From: Candidatus Rifleibacterium sp.
GTDB taxonomy: Bacteria; Muiribacteriota; Ozemobacteria; Ozemobacterales; Ozemobacteraceae
Direction of reading: 5' to 3'
Assembly: GCA_035352635.1 (NCBI GenBank)
Contig: DAOPYA010000006.1
Location: forward strand, 3,742-67,741
Length of the DNA: 64,000 nt
Positions 56,685 through 64,000 of the stretch are shown one piece after another (position 1 is the stretch's first letter; every line of letters starts with the position of its first letter). Under the pieces are notes generated by a model. That model saw only the letters and a list, made by a program, of their open reading frames with translations. It searched no databases and had not been told where the DNA came from. The position numbers and the translations under genes are program-made.

Positions 56685-56748
56685 TTGGCAACGCGGACGG
56701 TCGATATATTACTTCGGTCTGCACCACTATAGAAAACTGGAGATTGGA

Positions 56749-57951
56749 ATGAGCAACTCAAAGAAAATCATGGAACTGGCTGAGAAGTATCGCGATTATA
56801 CTGCCAAAAACCTTGGCAAGATGGTCAAAATTCCCTCTGAAAGCATGAAGGAAAAAGACGTTCAGGCAGAAGCCGCCCGTCAGATGAAAGAAGCCGGTTT
56901 CGATGAAGTTCGCATCGATGGACTCGGAAACGTTATCGGCCGCATCGGCAAGGGCAAAACTGTCATCGCCATTGATGGCCATGTTGATACAGTCGGGGTC
57001 GGCAACCGCGCCAACTGGGAATTTGATCCGTTCAGCGGCGATGTCAAAGACGGTTATGTCTGGGGCCGTGGAACCATCGACCAGGAAGGCGGCATCGCTT
57101 CAGCAATTACCGCCGGCCGCATTCTTAAAGACATGGGCTTTGACCGCGACGTTACTTTTTATGTAGTCAGCTCAGTCATGGAAGAAGATTGCGATGGTCT
57201 CTGCTGGAAATACCTCGTCGAAGAAGAAAAACTCAAACCAGACTTCGTCATCAGCACTGAACCGACTAACCTCAACATCTATCGCGGTCATCGCGGTCGT
57301 ATGGAAATCGGCGTCGATTTCCGTGGTATTTCGTGCCATGGTTCAGCCCCTGAACGCGGCAAAAACGCTGTTTACATGGCAGCTAAATTTGCTCTCGAAG
57401 TCGAAAAACTTAACGAACGCCTGAAACACGATGATTTTCTTGGCAAAGGCACGGTGACCATTTCTGAATTCAAATCAGGCAGCCCGTCACTCTGTGCCGT
57501 AGCCGATTCGGTCCACATTCACCTTGATCGCCGCCTTACCTGGGGCGAAACCAAAGATTCAGCTGTCAAAGAAGTTGAAGATGTCATCAAGGCTATCGGC
57601 CTCAAACTGAACGATGAAGCCAAAGTCGAAGTTCTTCATTACGAAGAAGTCGCTTACACCGGCCTTAAATACGGCATGGAAAAGTATTTCCCCACCTGGA
57701 AAATCCCCGAAACCGAACACGTCGTTCAGACTGGCGTAAAATCATTCAAGGAACTGTTCAATAAAGACCCGAAGGTCGATAAATGGACATTCTCGACCAA
57801 CGGCGTTACCATCAACGGCTATTACAAGATTCCGATGATCGGCTTTGGCCCGGGCAACGAAGTTTACGCGCACGCTCCGAACGAAAAGATTCCGGTTGAT
57901 GATCTTGTGAAGGCTTCGGCTTTCTACGCCCAGTTCGCTTATAATATCTGA
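56749..57951 (+). CDS. ygeY: YgeY-family M20 peptidase/deacylase (selenium/purine-catabolism-associated)
   Basis: High similarity along the whole length to E. coli YgeY (VKIPSES.., EEDCDGLCW, RGRMEI, SCHGSAPERG, NEKIP). Confidence 0.8.
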   Translation: MSNSKKIMELAEKYRDYTAKNLGKMVKIPSESMKEKDVQAEAARQMKEAGFDEVRIDGLGNVIGRIGKGKTVIAIDGHVDTVGVGNRANWEFDPFSGDVKDGYVWGRGTIDQEGGIASAITAGRILKDMGFDRDVTFYVVSSVMEEDCDGLCWKYLVEEEKLKPDFVISTEPTNLNIYRGHRGRMEIGVDFRGISCHGSAPERGKNAVYMAAKFALEVEKLNERLKHDDFLGKGTVTISEFKSGSPSLCAVADSVHIHLDRRLTWGETKDSAVKEVEDVIKAIGLKLNDEAKVEVLHYEEVAYTGLKYGMEKYFPTWKIPETEHVVQTGVKSFKELFNKDPKVDKWTFSTNGVTINGYYKIPMIGFGPGNEVYAHAPNEKIPVDDLVKASAFYAQFAYNI

Positions 57952-58042
57952 GGTTAAAGCCCGTTGGGCAGGTTTTAAAATGCCTGTTCAACGGTTCTCT
58001 TTTGTCTGTAGGGTTTTAAACAAATACAAAAAGGAAATATAA

Positions 58043-59233
58043 ATGAAAGAATTAAATGCTCTGCTGAAAGAAATCAAGGGTTACAAAAGCAAAATGCACG
58101 GTAAAGATTTCCTCCTCACCTGGGAAAAATCCACCGACGAGCTGAAACAGATTCTTGCCATCGCCGACCTGCTCAAATTGATGCGCGAAAAGAACATTTC
58201 TGCAAAGGTGTTTGACAGCGGTATCGCCGTATCTTTGTTCCGCGACAATTCGACCCGCACCAGATTTTCTTTTGCTTCAGCATGTAATTTGCTTGGCCTC
58301 GCCGTCCAGGATCTCGACGAAGGCAAATCGCAGATCGCTCATGGCGAAACCGTTCGCGAAACTGCGAACATGATTTCTTTCCTGTCAGAAGTTATCGGCA
58401 TTCGCGATGACATGTATCTCGGCGCCGGCAATACCTATATGCGTGAAGTCGGTGATGCTCTTGATGACGGTGTTAAGCAGGGTGTTCTGCCGCAGAGACC
58501 TGCGGTTGTTAACCTTCAGTGCGATATCGATCACCCGACCCAGGCAATGGCCGACCTCGGCTGGCTCAAAGAACATTTTGGCGGGCTCGATAAACTCAAA
58601 GGCAAGAAGATCGCGATGACCTGGGCGTATTCACCGAGTTACGGCAAGCCCCTTTCCGTACCCCAGGGTATTATCGGCCTGATGACCCGCTTTGGCATGG
58701 ATGTCGCTCTTGCTCACCCCGAAGGCTACAACCTGATACCCGATGTAATGGAAGTCGCGAAGAAAAACGCCAAGGAAAGCGGCGGCAAATTCAGCGTCAG
58801 CAACAGCATGGAAGAAGCCTTCAAGGGTGCTGACATCGTTTACCCGAAGAGCTGGGCGCCTTATGCCGTTATGGGCAGGCGCACTGAACTGCTGCGCAAG
58901 AACGATCACGATGGTCTCAAGGCTCTCGAAAAAGAATGTCTGGCCAACAATGCCAAGTTCAAAAACTGGGAATGCACCGAAGAAATGATGAAGCACACTA
59001 AAAAAGGCAAGGCGCTCTACATGCACTGCCTGCCCGCCGACATCACTGACGTTTCGTGCAAGGCCGGTGAAGTTGCCGCCAGCGTTTTTGACCGCTATCG
59101 CATTGAAACTTACAAAGAAGCCGGTTACAAGCCCTATATGATCGCTGCCATGATTCTGACCACCCGCTTTAAAGAAGTGCCGGGCATGCTCGAAGCCCTG
59201 GTTGAAAAAGGCCGCAAAAGAATCAAGTTCTGA
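58043..59233 (+). CDS. ygeW: YgeW-family knotted carbamoyltransferase (oxamate carbamoyltransferase-like)
   Basis: Near-colinear match to E. coli YgeW (FRDNSTRTRFS, DEGKSQIAHGETVRETANMISF, NLQCDIDHPTQ, KIAMTWAYSPSYGKPLSVPQGIIGLMTRFGMDV, YMHCLPADI). Confidence 0.85.
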   Translation: MKELNALLKEIKGYKSKMHGKDFLLTWEKSTDELKQILAIADLLKLMREKNISAKVFDSGIAVSLFRDNSTRTRFSFASACNLLGLAVQDLDEGKSQIAHGETVRETANMISFLSEVIGIRDDMYLGAGNTYMREVGDALDDGVKQGVLPQRPAVVNLQCDIDHPTQAMADLGWLKEHFGGLDKLKGKKIAMTWAYSPSYGKPLSVPQGIIGLMTRFGMDVALAHPEGYNLIPDVMEVAKKNAKESGGKFSVSNSMEEAFKGADIVYPKSWAPYAVMGRRTELLRKNDHDGLKALEKECLANNAKFKNWECTEEMMKHTKKGKALYMHCLPADITDVSCKAGEVAASVFDRYRIETYKEAGYKPYMIAAMILTTRFKEVPGMLEALVEKGRKRIKF

Positions 59234-59251
59234 TATTACCTCCGGTTATTT

Positions 59252-59285
59252 TAAAAGGCTTCAGGTGAACTGAAGCCTTTTTTTA
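59252..59285 (+). terminator. Rho-independent terminator after ygeW
   Basis: GGCTTCAGGTGAACTGAAGCC followed by TTTTTTT. Confidence 0.7.
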
Positions 59286-59363
59286 TGGCGATTTTTCGGT
59301 TCGCCGCGGGTCTGGTTAAAGCAACTTTGACCCGGGCGCATCAGAGGGGGATTTATAGAACCC

Positions 59364-61418
59364 TCAGAAGCTGGTCAGGGCCAGGCGGATTGCTTCTTGA
59401 AGGTTAACTGAATTGAAGGGTTTGCGCAGGAAGGCCTGCGGCAGATCGGTGTGAGAGCCTTTTAAGGCCATGGCATCATCGTAGCCGCTGGCCAGTATGA
59501 AGGGAAGTCGGGCTGATTTTTTGCGCAGCGCCGCCAGGGTTTGCCAGCCATCCATGCCGGGCATGATCAGATCGCAGATCACCAGTTTGATTCTGGGGTT
59601 AGTATCGAAAAGCTGCATGGCTTCAACCCCATCTTGTGCTTCGATGACTTCGAAATTAAAGTGTTGTAACATGCTGGTGGTAATAAAGCGCACCATCTGA
59701 TCGTCTTCTACGACCAGAATATAGCCACCCTCAAGCTGTATTGGCAGGGTTTGTGAGTGGCTGGCGTTTTCTCTGGTCTTGTCTTCGGGGCTTTTGCCAT
59801 GGGTTTCGCCAAGATAGGCCATGAGCATGGCACTAAGCTCAGCGGCTTTCATGGCCGCTTTCATGGCGTCGTCCTGCTTCTTTTTCTGGCGGTCTTCTTC
59901 ATTGGCCTTCAGCAACTCAAGATTGCCGATGACGATCTGCAACTGGTTGTTGAATTGATGAGCAACTGCTTCGGCAAGTTTGGCAAGGCTGTCGGCTCTT
60001 TCGGTCTGCTGGCGGTGCGCTTCGATTAAAATGCTCTGGCGTTCACTTTCTTTGCGGGCCAGCGCATTAGCATAAATTTCACCAATGACCCGCAATAATG
60101 AAATCTCTTCGTCGGTCCAGGAATGGATCTTGTTTATGCAATCGTAACCGAAAAGACCAATCAACTTGTTGTTGTGCAGCAATGGCAAAACCAGGACTGC
60201 CGTTGTTTTATCTTCGCGAAGAACAATTTTGAATTCTTCGTGAGCATCGGGCATTTTTTCAACGGATTTAAAATAGTGGTAATCGACTTTCCGAGTCTGA
60301 AATTCAGTAACGAAGGTGAAATTACTGACGGGAAAATCCTGATACCGAGCTTTTATCGATTTGATATGAGCAGGGCGCCACTCGTGGGTGAACGAAAACC
60401 GGCTGGCATCTTCATTGAAGAGAACTATATAGCCGCGTTCAACAGCAAAAAAATCGCAAGTCAGTTGCAGGGCTTTTTCAAGAATCCGGTCAATTTCGCT
60501 GGTCGGGGAATTGGCAAAGCCTGTGGAGATATTGGTCACCAACCGTTCAAAACTATAATGATATTGAAGTTTGTCGGTGGCATTTTTGAACTCGCTGATA
60601 TCCTCGATTATGCCAATTCCTGAGGTTACCTGGCCATTTGCGTCAAAAACCGGCGCAAATACCGCCTTGACAGGAGATGCGCTATTTGTTGAAACCAGGG
60701 GAAAGAAACCGTTGTAATACGCTGACTTGCCATTCAGGGCGTCTTTGATGCCTTGCATGGCTTTTTGATTTGGTTGTTCAAAAAGATTCAGGCCGATCAG
60801 GGTCTCTAGGTTATTTTGAGCGAGCTGTAAGAACTTTTTGTTGCATTGTTTGATAATTCCGTTCTCATCAAAAACAAAAATTGCGGCCGGCGCGTTATCA
60901 AAAATCTTTCTGAACTTTTCTTCAGACTCTTGCAGCGCATTGGTCAGGCGTCTGATCGGAAAACTCTCGGGTTCTCCGGGGTTTTCCTGGGGTACTGATA
61001 AGTGCAGATGGCAAATCTGCGGTTGTTCATCAGCCAGGCTTATGACGGCAGTAATTCTGACATGGGGCATGCAGAATTCACATTGCTCTTCGGCTTTGAT
61101 GACCCCGGTTAACGCTACAGACGCCATCACCAGGCCAAGTTCATCGCTAAGTTTTTGCACCTCACAGGTGAGATGGTCTAATTTTATTGAATCGGGAATT
61201 TGCCTGATGTCGTCTTTGAAGCGTTTCAGGCATTCATTGCGGGTATTGGAAATCTCGTGAATTGCGGTGCCGATGCCGGTTAAACTGGCGGCAAGCATCG
61301 GTTTAAGAGATTCAAGGTCGCGTCTGGTGAACAAAACCTCAAGAAAATCAGAAAAAAAACTTCTGATTTTCTGCTCGTGAACCCATTTTGCAGATTTTTT
61401 AGAGGCCGTCTTTTTCAA
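59364..61418 (-). CDS. Response-regulator receiver protein with PAS and GAF sensor domains and a HisKA-like dimerisation segment (no HATPase_c domain evident)
   Basis: C-terminal REC (VEDDQ..D..MPGMDG..K). PAS and GAF in the middle. ..AHQFNNQLQ.. segment. Confidence 0.65.
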   Translation of the reverse strand: MKKTASKKSAKWVHEQKIRSFFSDFLEVLFTRRDLESLKPMLAASLTGIGTAIHEISNTRNECLKRFKDDIRQIPDSIKLDHLTCEVQKLSDELGLVMASVALTGVIKAEEQCEFCMPHVRITAVISLADEQPQICHLHLSVPQENPGEPESFPIRRLTNALQESEEKFRKIFDNAPAAIFVFDENGIIKQCNKKFLQLAQNNLETLIGLNLFEQPNQKAMQGIKDALNGKSAYYNGFFPLVSTNSASPVKAVFAPVFDANGQVTSGIGIIEDISEFKNATDKLQYHYSFERLVTNISTGFANSPTSEIDRILEKALQLTCDFFAVERGYIVLFNEDASRFSFTHEWRPAHIKSIKARYQDFPVSNFTFVTEFQTRKVDYHYFKSVEKMPDAHEEFKIVLREDKTTAVLVLPLLHNNKLIGLFGYDCINKIHSWTDEEISLLRVIGEIYANALARKESERQSILIEAHRQQTERADSLAKLAEAVAHQFNNQLQIVIGNLELLKANEEDRQKKKQDDAMKAAMKAAELSAMLMAYLGETHGKSPEDKTRENASHSQTLPIQLEGGYILVVEDDQMVRFITTSMLQHFNFEVIEAQDGVEAMQLFDTNPRIKLVICDLIMPGMDGWQTLAALRKKSARLPFILASGYDDAMALKGSHTDLPQAFLRKPFNSVNLQEAIRLALTSF

Positions 61419-61449
61419 AAATACCTATCCAACCTGATTACAACGTGTC

Positions 61450-61510
61450 TATATAAGAGAGCATCGAGTATTTTTCGCCGATGCGACGGCGCGGCCTATC
61501 AGCCGGGTTT
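61450..61510 (+). repeat. Copy 4 of the roughly 60-bp dispersed element, followed by an 11-bp-stem hairpin (61521-61558)
   Basis: CTATATAAGAGAGCATCGAGTATTTTTCGCCGATGCGACGGCGCGGCCTATCAGCCGGG. Confidence 0.6.
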
Positions 61511-61571
61511 GTTTTGTTTAGAGGCTGCCCCGCTCATGCGGTATCGCGGGGCAGCCTGCTTGATAACCGAT

Positions 61572-62912
61572 TTAGAAGCGTTCCCAGAGAGAGTTGGCCA
61601 GTTCTCTTGATTTGGCCATCATTTCTTCTTCTTCGCCTTCTGCGAGGAAGGTAAGTTGACCGTCTTCCATGATGGTTTTGCCCTGGCAAATCGTAGTCTG
61701 AACCTTGCTGAACGGCAGGCCAAAGGTCAGGTGCCCGAAGGTGTTGCCAGCGGTGACCGGGGTGGGGGGCAGGTAATCCCAGACGATGATGTCGGGGGCG
61801 GCGCCTTCTTCAAGGCAGCCGATCTTGCGTTTAAACAGCTTGCTGGCCAGTTTGGGGCCGTTGACTGCGAACATTTTCCAGGCTTCGCCGTAGATTTTGC
61901 GGGGGTCGCCGGCCTGATGTTTGTGCAGAATATTGGCGACTGCCAGGTCTTCGAGTGGTGAAGCCGACATCCCATCGGTGCCGAAGCTGACGTTGATTTT
62001 TTCTTCCATCATTTTTTCGAGCGGTGAGCACCCGACCGCATTGTTCATGTTCGAACGCGGGTTATGGATAACGTTGGTTTTGGTCAGCGCCAGGGTCGAA
62101 ATGTCGTGTGAGTCGCAGTTGACGCCGTGTACGAAAATATGCTCAGGGCCGGTCAGTTTATAGCGGTGCAGGCGATCGACAACCGAGCGAAAACCGCGTT
62201 TTACGGCGTCTTCGTTATCGGCCTTATCTTCGGCAACATGAATGTGAACCCCGGTTTGCAGTGCCTGTGAGAGTTCGGCGGCACGCTGCAGACTGGTATC
62301 GCTCAAGGTGAAGCTGGCATGCAGACCGATCATGGCAGTGATATCAGATTCGCTGTCGAGTTTTAGCCCCCTGATAAAGCTGGCGTTTTCTTCGAAGCCG
62401 GCGTCACAGCGCTCGATACCGTCGCGGTCAGTGATTTCGTAGCAGAGATTGCCGCGCAGGCCGCATTTTCTGAAGGCGTCACGCAGAATCGACAGCGAAC
62501 CGGTAATGCAGTTCGGGCTGGCATGATGATCGATCATGGTGGTGACGCCATTGCGCACTGCATCGAGCATCGGAATCATCGCGGTCAGATAAAGATCTTC
62601 TTTGGTAAGCGCCTTGTCGAGGCGCCACCACAGGCGCTCAAGTATCTGGACAAAATTGGTCGGCGGAGCGTCTTTGAGGGAAATCCCGCGCGCAAAAGTC
62701 GAATAAAGGTGCATGTGGGTGTTGACAATGCCGGGCATAACCAGTCTGCCTTTGACATTTTTAACTTTTGCTTTGGGAAAACGTTGTTTAAGTTCTTCGG
62801 TGCTGCCAACGGCGTGAATCTTGTTTTCGTCATAAGCGACGGCGCCGTCGTTGATAACCTGATGATTTTCTCCAAGGGTGACTAGAGTAGCGTGACCGAT
62901 TATTTTCATCAA
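61572..62912 (-). CDS. ssnA: SsnA-family amidohydrolase (putative selenium/purine-metabolism aminohydrolase)
   Basis: GRLVMPGIVNTHMHLYS..LWWRLD..DHHASP..GSLS.LRDAF.. is colinear with E. coli SsnA. Confidence 0.8.
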   Translation of the reverse strand: MMKIIGHATLVTLGENHQVINDGAVAYDENKIHAVGSTEELKQRFPKAKVKNVKGRLVMPGIVNTHMHLYSTFARGISLKDAPPTNFVQILERLWWRLDKALTKEDLYLTAMIPMLDAVRNGVTTMIDHHASPNCITGSLSILRDAFRKCGLRGNLCYEITDRDGIERCDAGFEENASFIRGLKLDSESDITAMIGLHASFTLSDTSLQRAAELSQALQTGVHIHVAEDKADNEDAVKRGFRSVVDRLHRYKLTGPEHIFVHGVNCDSHDISTLALTKTNVIHNPRSNMNNAVGCSPLEKMMEEKINVSFGTDGMSASPLEDLAVANILHKHQAGDPRKIYGEAWKMFAVNGPKLASKLFKRKIGCLEEGAAPDIIVWDYLPPTPVTAGNTFGHLTFGLPFSKVQTTICQGKTIMEDGQLTFLAEGEEEEMMAKSRELANSLWERF

Positions 62913-62996
62913 TCAACCTCATTTCGTGTATGTAATAAAACCTCTCCGGGTCTCAAAAAAATAGCATATTGTCGCCAGACTTGGCAACCACATTCA

Positions 62997-64000
62997 TCAA
63001 TTGTTCTGAATCACTGAACTGCTGATCATTGCAACCAGTTCGGCGGTTGAAACCCGACCGGCCATGTCGCTGCCCGAAAGCAGGCCATCGGCAAGGTCGC
63101 GTTTCCGGCCATGCAGTTGCAGAATCTTTTCTTCGATGGTGTTAGTGGTAATCAGACGGTAAATAGTTACGGGTCTTGTCTGGCCTATGCGATGCGCCCG
63201 GTCAGAAGCCTGATCTTCAACCGCCGGGTTCCACCAGGGGTCGAGGTGAATTACATAATCGGCCGCCGTCAGGTTAAGCCCCAGGCCACCGGCCTTCAAG
63301 CTGATTAGAAAAAAGTCGCCGTTTCCTTCCTGGAAGTTGTTGATCGCTTTGTTGCGGCCGCGAACCGGCGTTGAGCCATCGAGATACTGGTAGGCATAAC
63401 CCTTGCGGTCGAAAAGCTCACGTACGAGCGCCAGATGATCGACAAACTGGCTGAAAATAAGAGCCTTGTGGCGGTTTTCGAGCAGTTCTTCAACAATACG
63501 TTCGAGCAACTGCAATTTTGAACTGGCAATGCCAGCTTCGGGTGCTACCAGCGAAGGGTTGCAACACAACCGGCGCAGGCGCATGATTTCGGCAAGCACC
63601 AGCATTGGTTTGCCGCTTTCCCCATTTTCGCCGGCCGAAATCTTTTCGATTGCATTGCGGCGCATGCTTTCATAGAGAGCGGTCTCGTCGCGACTTAGAT
63701 CAACCTGCAGGGTGATTTCGGTGCGTGGGGGCAGATCTTGAAGAACCTGACTCTTGGTGCGTCTTAGTATGAAGGGTTGCACCAGCTTTTTCAGGCGCAG
63801 CTGGGCAAGTTTGTCGCCCTGGTTCTGAATCGGATTGGCGAAATTTTCGTTGAAGACCTCGACCGAACCAAGCAGCCCCGGGTTGAGAAAGCGGAACAGG
63901 TTCCAGAGTTCGCCGAGGTGGTTTTCGATTGGAGTGCCGGTCATCAGCATTTTAAAGCGGCCCTGCAGCATCATAACAGCCTGAGAGCGGTTGGTAGCCA
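62997..64000 (-). CDS. SNF2-family helicase, C-terminal half (gene continues beyond the window edge)
   Basis: LTGTPIENHL (motif III region). Helicase C domain with HLDPWWNPAVEDQA.DRAHRIGQ. No stop before position 64000. Confidence 0.75.
   Translation of the reverse strand, partial: ATNRSQAVMMLQGRFKMLMTGTPIENHLGELWNLFRFLNPGLLGSVEVFNENFANPIQNQGDKLAQLRLKKLVQPFILRRTKSQVLQDLPPRTEITLQVDLSRDETALYESMRRNAIEKISAGENGESGKPMLVLAEIMRLRRLCCNPSLVAPEAGIASSKLQLLERIVEELLENRHKALIFSQFVDHLALVRELFDRKGYAYQYLDGSTPVRGRNKAINNFQEGNGDFFLISLKAGGLGLNLTAADYVIHLDPWWNPAVEDQASDRAHRIGQTRPVTIYRLITTNTIEEKILQLHGRKRDLADGLLSGSDMAGRVSTAELVAMISSSVIQNN

Noticed and set aside
1-64000. tRNA, rRNA or tmRNA genes
   Set aside because: No cloverleaf-compatible segments or rRNA-like conserved stretches were seen in the intergenic regions I scanned by eye. 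This cannot be fully excluded without tRNAscan or Infernal.

Overview
This 64-kb window is a gene-dense, about 50% GC bacterial chromosomal segment with no rRNA, tRNA, CRISPR array, transposase or integrase that I can see. Taxonomy cannot be fixed from this window alone. The many prepilin-like and signal-peptide proteins, ankyrin and TPR proteins, a PPi-type PFK-like gene and large HAMP cyclases would fit an uncultured anaerobe, possibly of the PVC group or a related candidate phylum. I can support about 45 protein-coding genes. Housekeeping and metabolic genes include moaA, a ROK glucokinase, an RlmD-like methyltransferase, a phosphofructokinase, mltA, a LigT-like phosphoesterase and a DnaQ-like exonuclease. 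There is an ArnC/ArnT-like lipid-glycosylation operon and a purine/selenium-associated set (ygeY, ygeW, ssnA, carbamate kinase). Envelope and signalling genes include a MATE pump, two tandem HAMP class III cyclases, a ferric-reductase-like flavocytochrome and a PAS-GAF-REC regulator. The most unusual content falls in two areas.

- **Accessory block, 44.8-56.7 kb.** It lies between carbamate kinase and ygeY-ygeW. It holds an orphan minor-pilin-like operon and an old, diverged tandem duplication. The duplicated unit is flank Y, a small gene, a 755-aa TPR protein, promoter element P, a variable cassette slot, then flank X. One copy carries hipBA in the slot. The other carries a secreted C39-like cysteine peptidase. 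The duplication junction shows microhomology and there are deletion remnants.
- **Pseudopilin (GspG-like) domains inside large secreted proteins.** One is a VIT-VWA protein that ends in a pilin-like domain and a C-terminal membrane anchor. The other is a 995-aa signal-peptide protein with the same Cys-containing pilin-like domain embedded internally.

Other notable items are an N-terminal JAMM/RadC-like domain fused to a DinG-family Fe-S helicase, driven by a near-consensus promoter that predicts a leaderless mRNA. A roughly 60-bp element occurs four times on the + strand in intergenic DNA. A minisatellite (3 x 14 bp, a 13-bp-stem palindrome, then 7 x 18 bp) sits between convergent genes. A promoter with three 10-bp direct repeats lies upstream of ygeY-ygeW.
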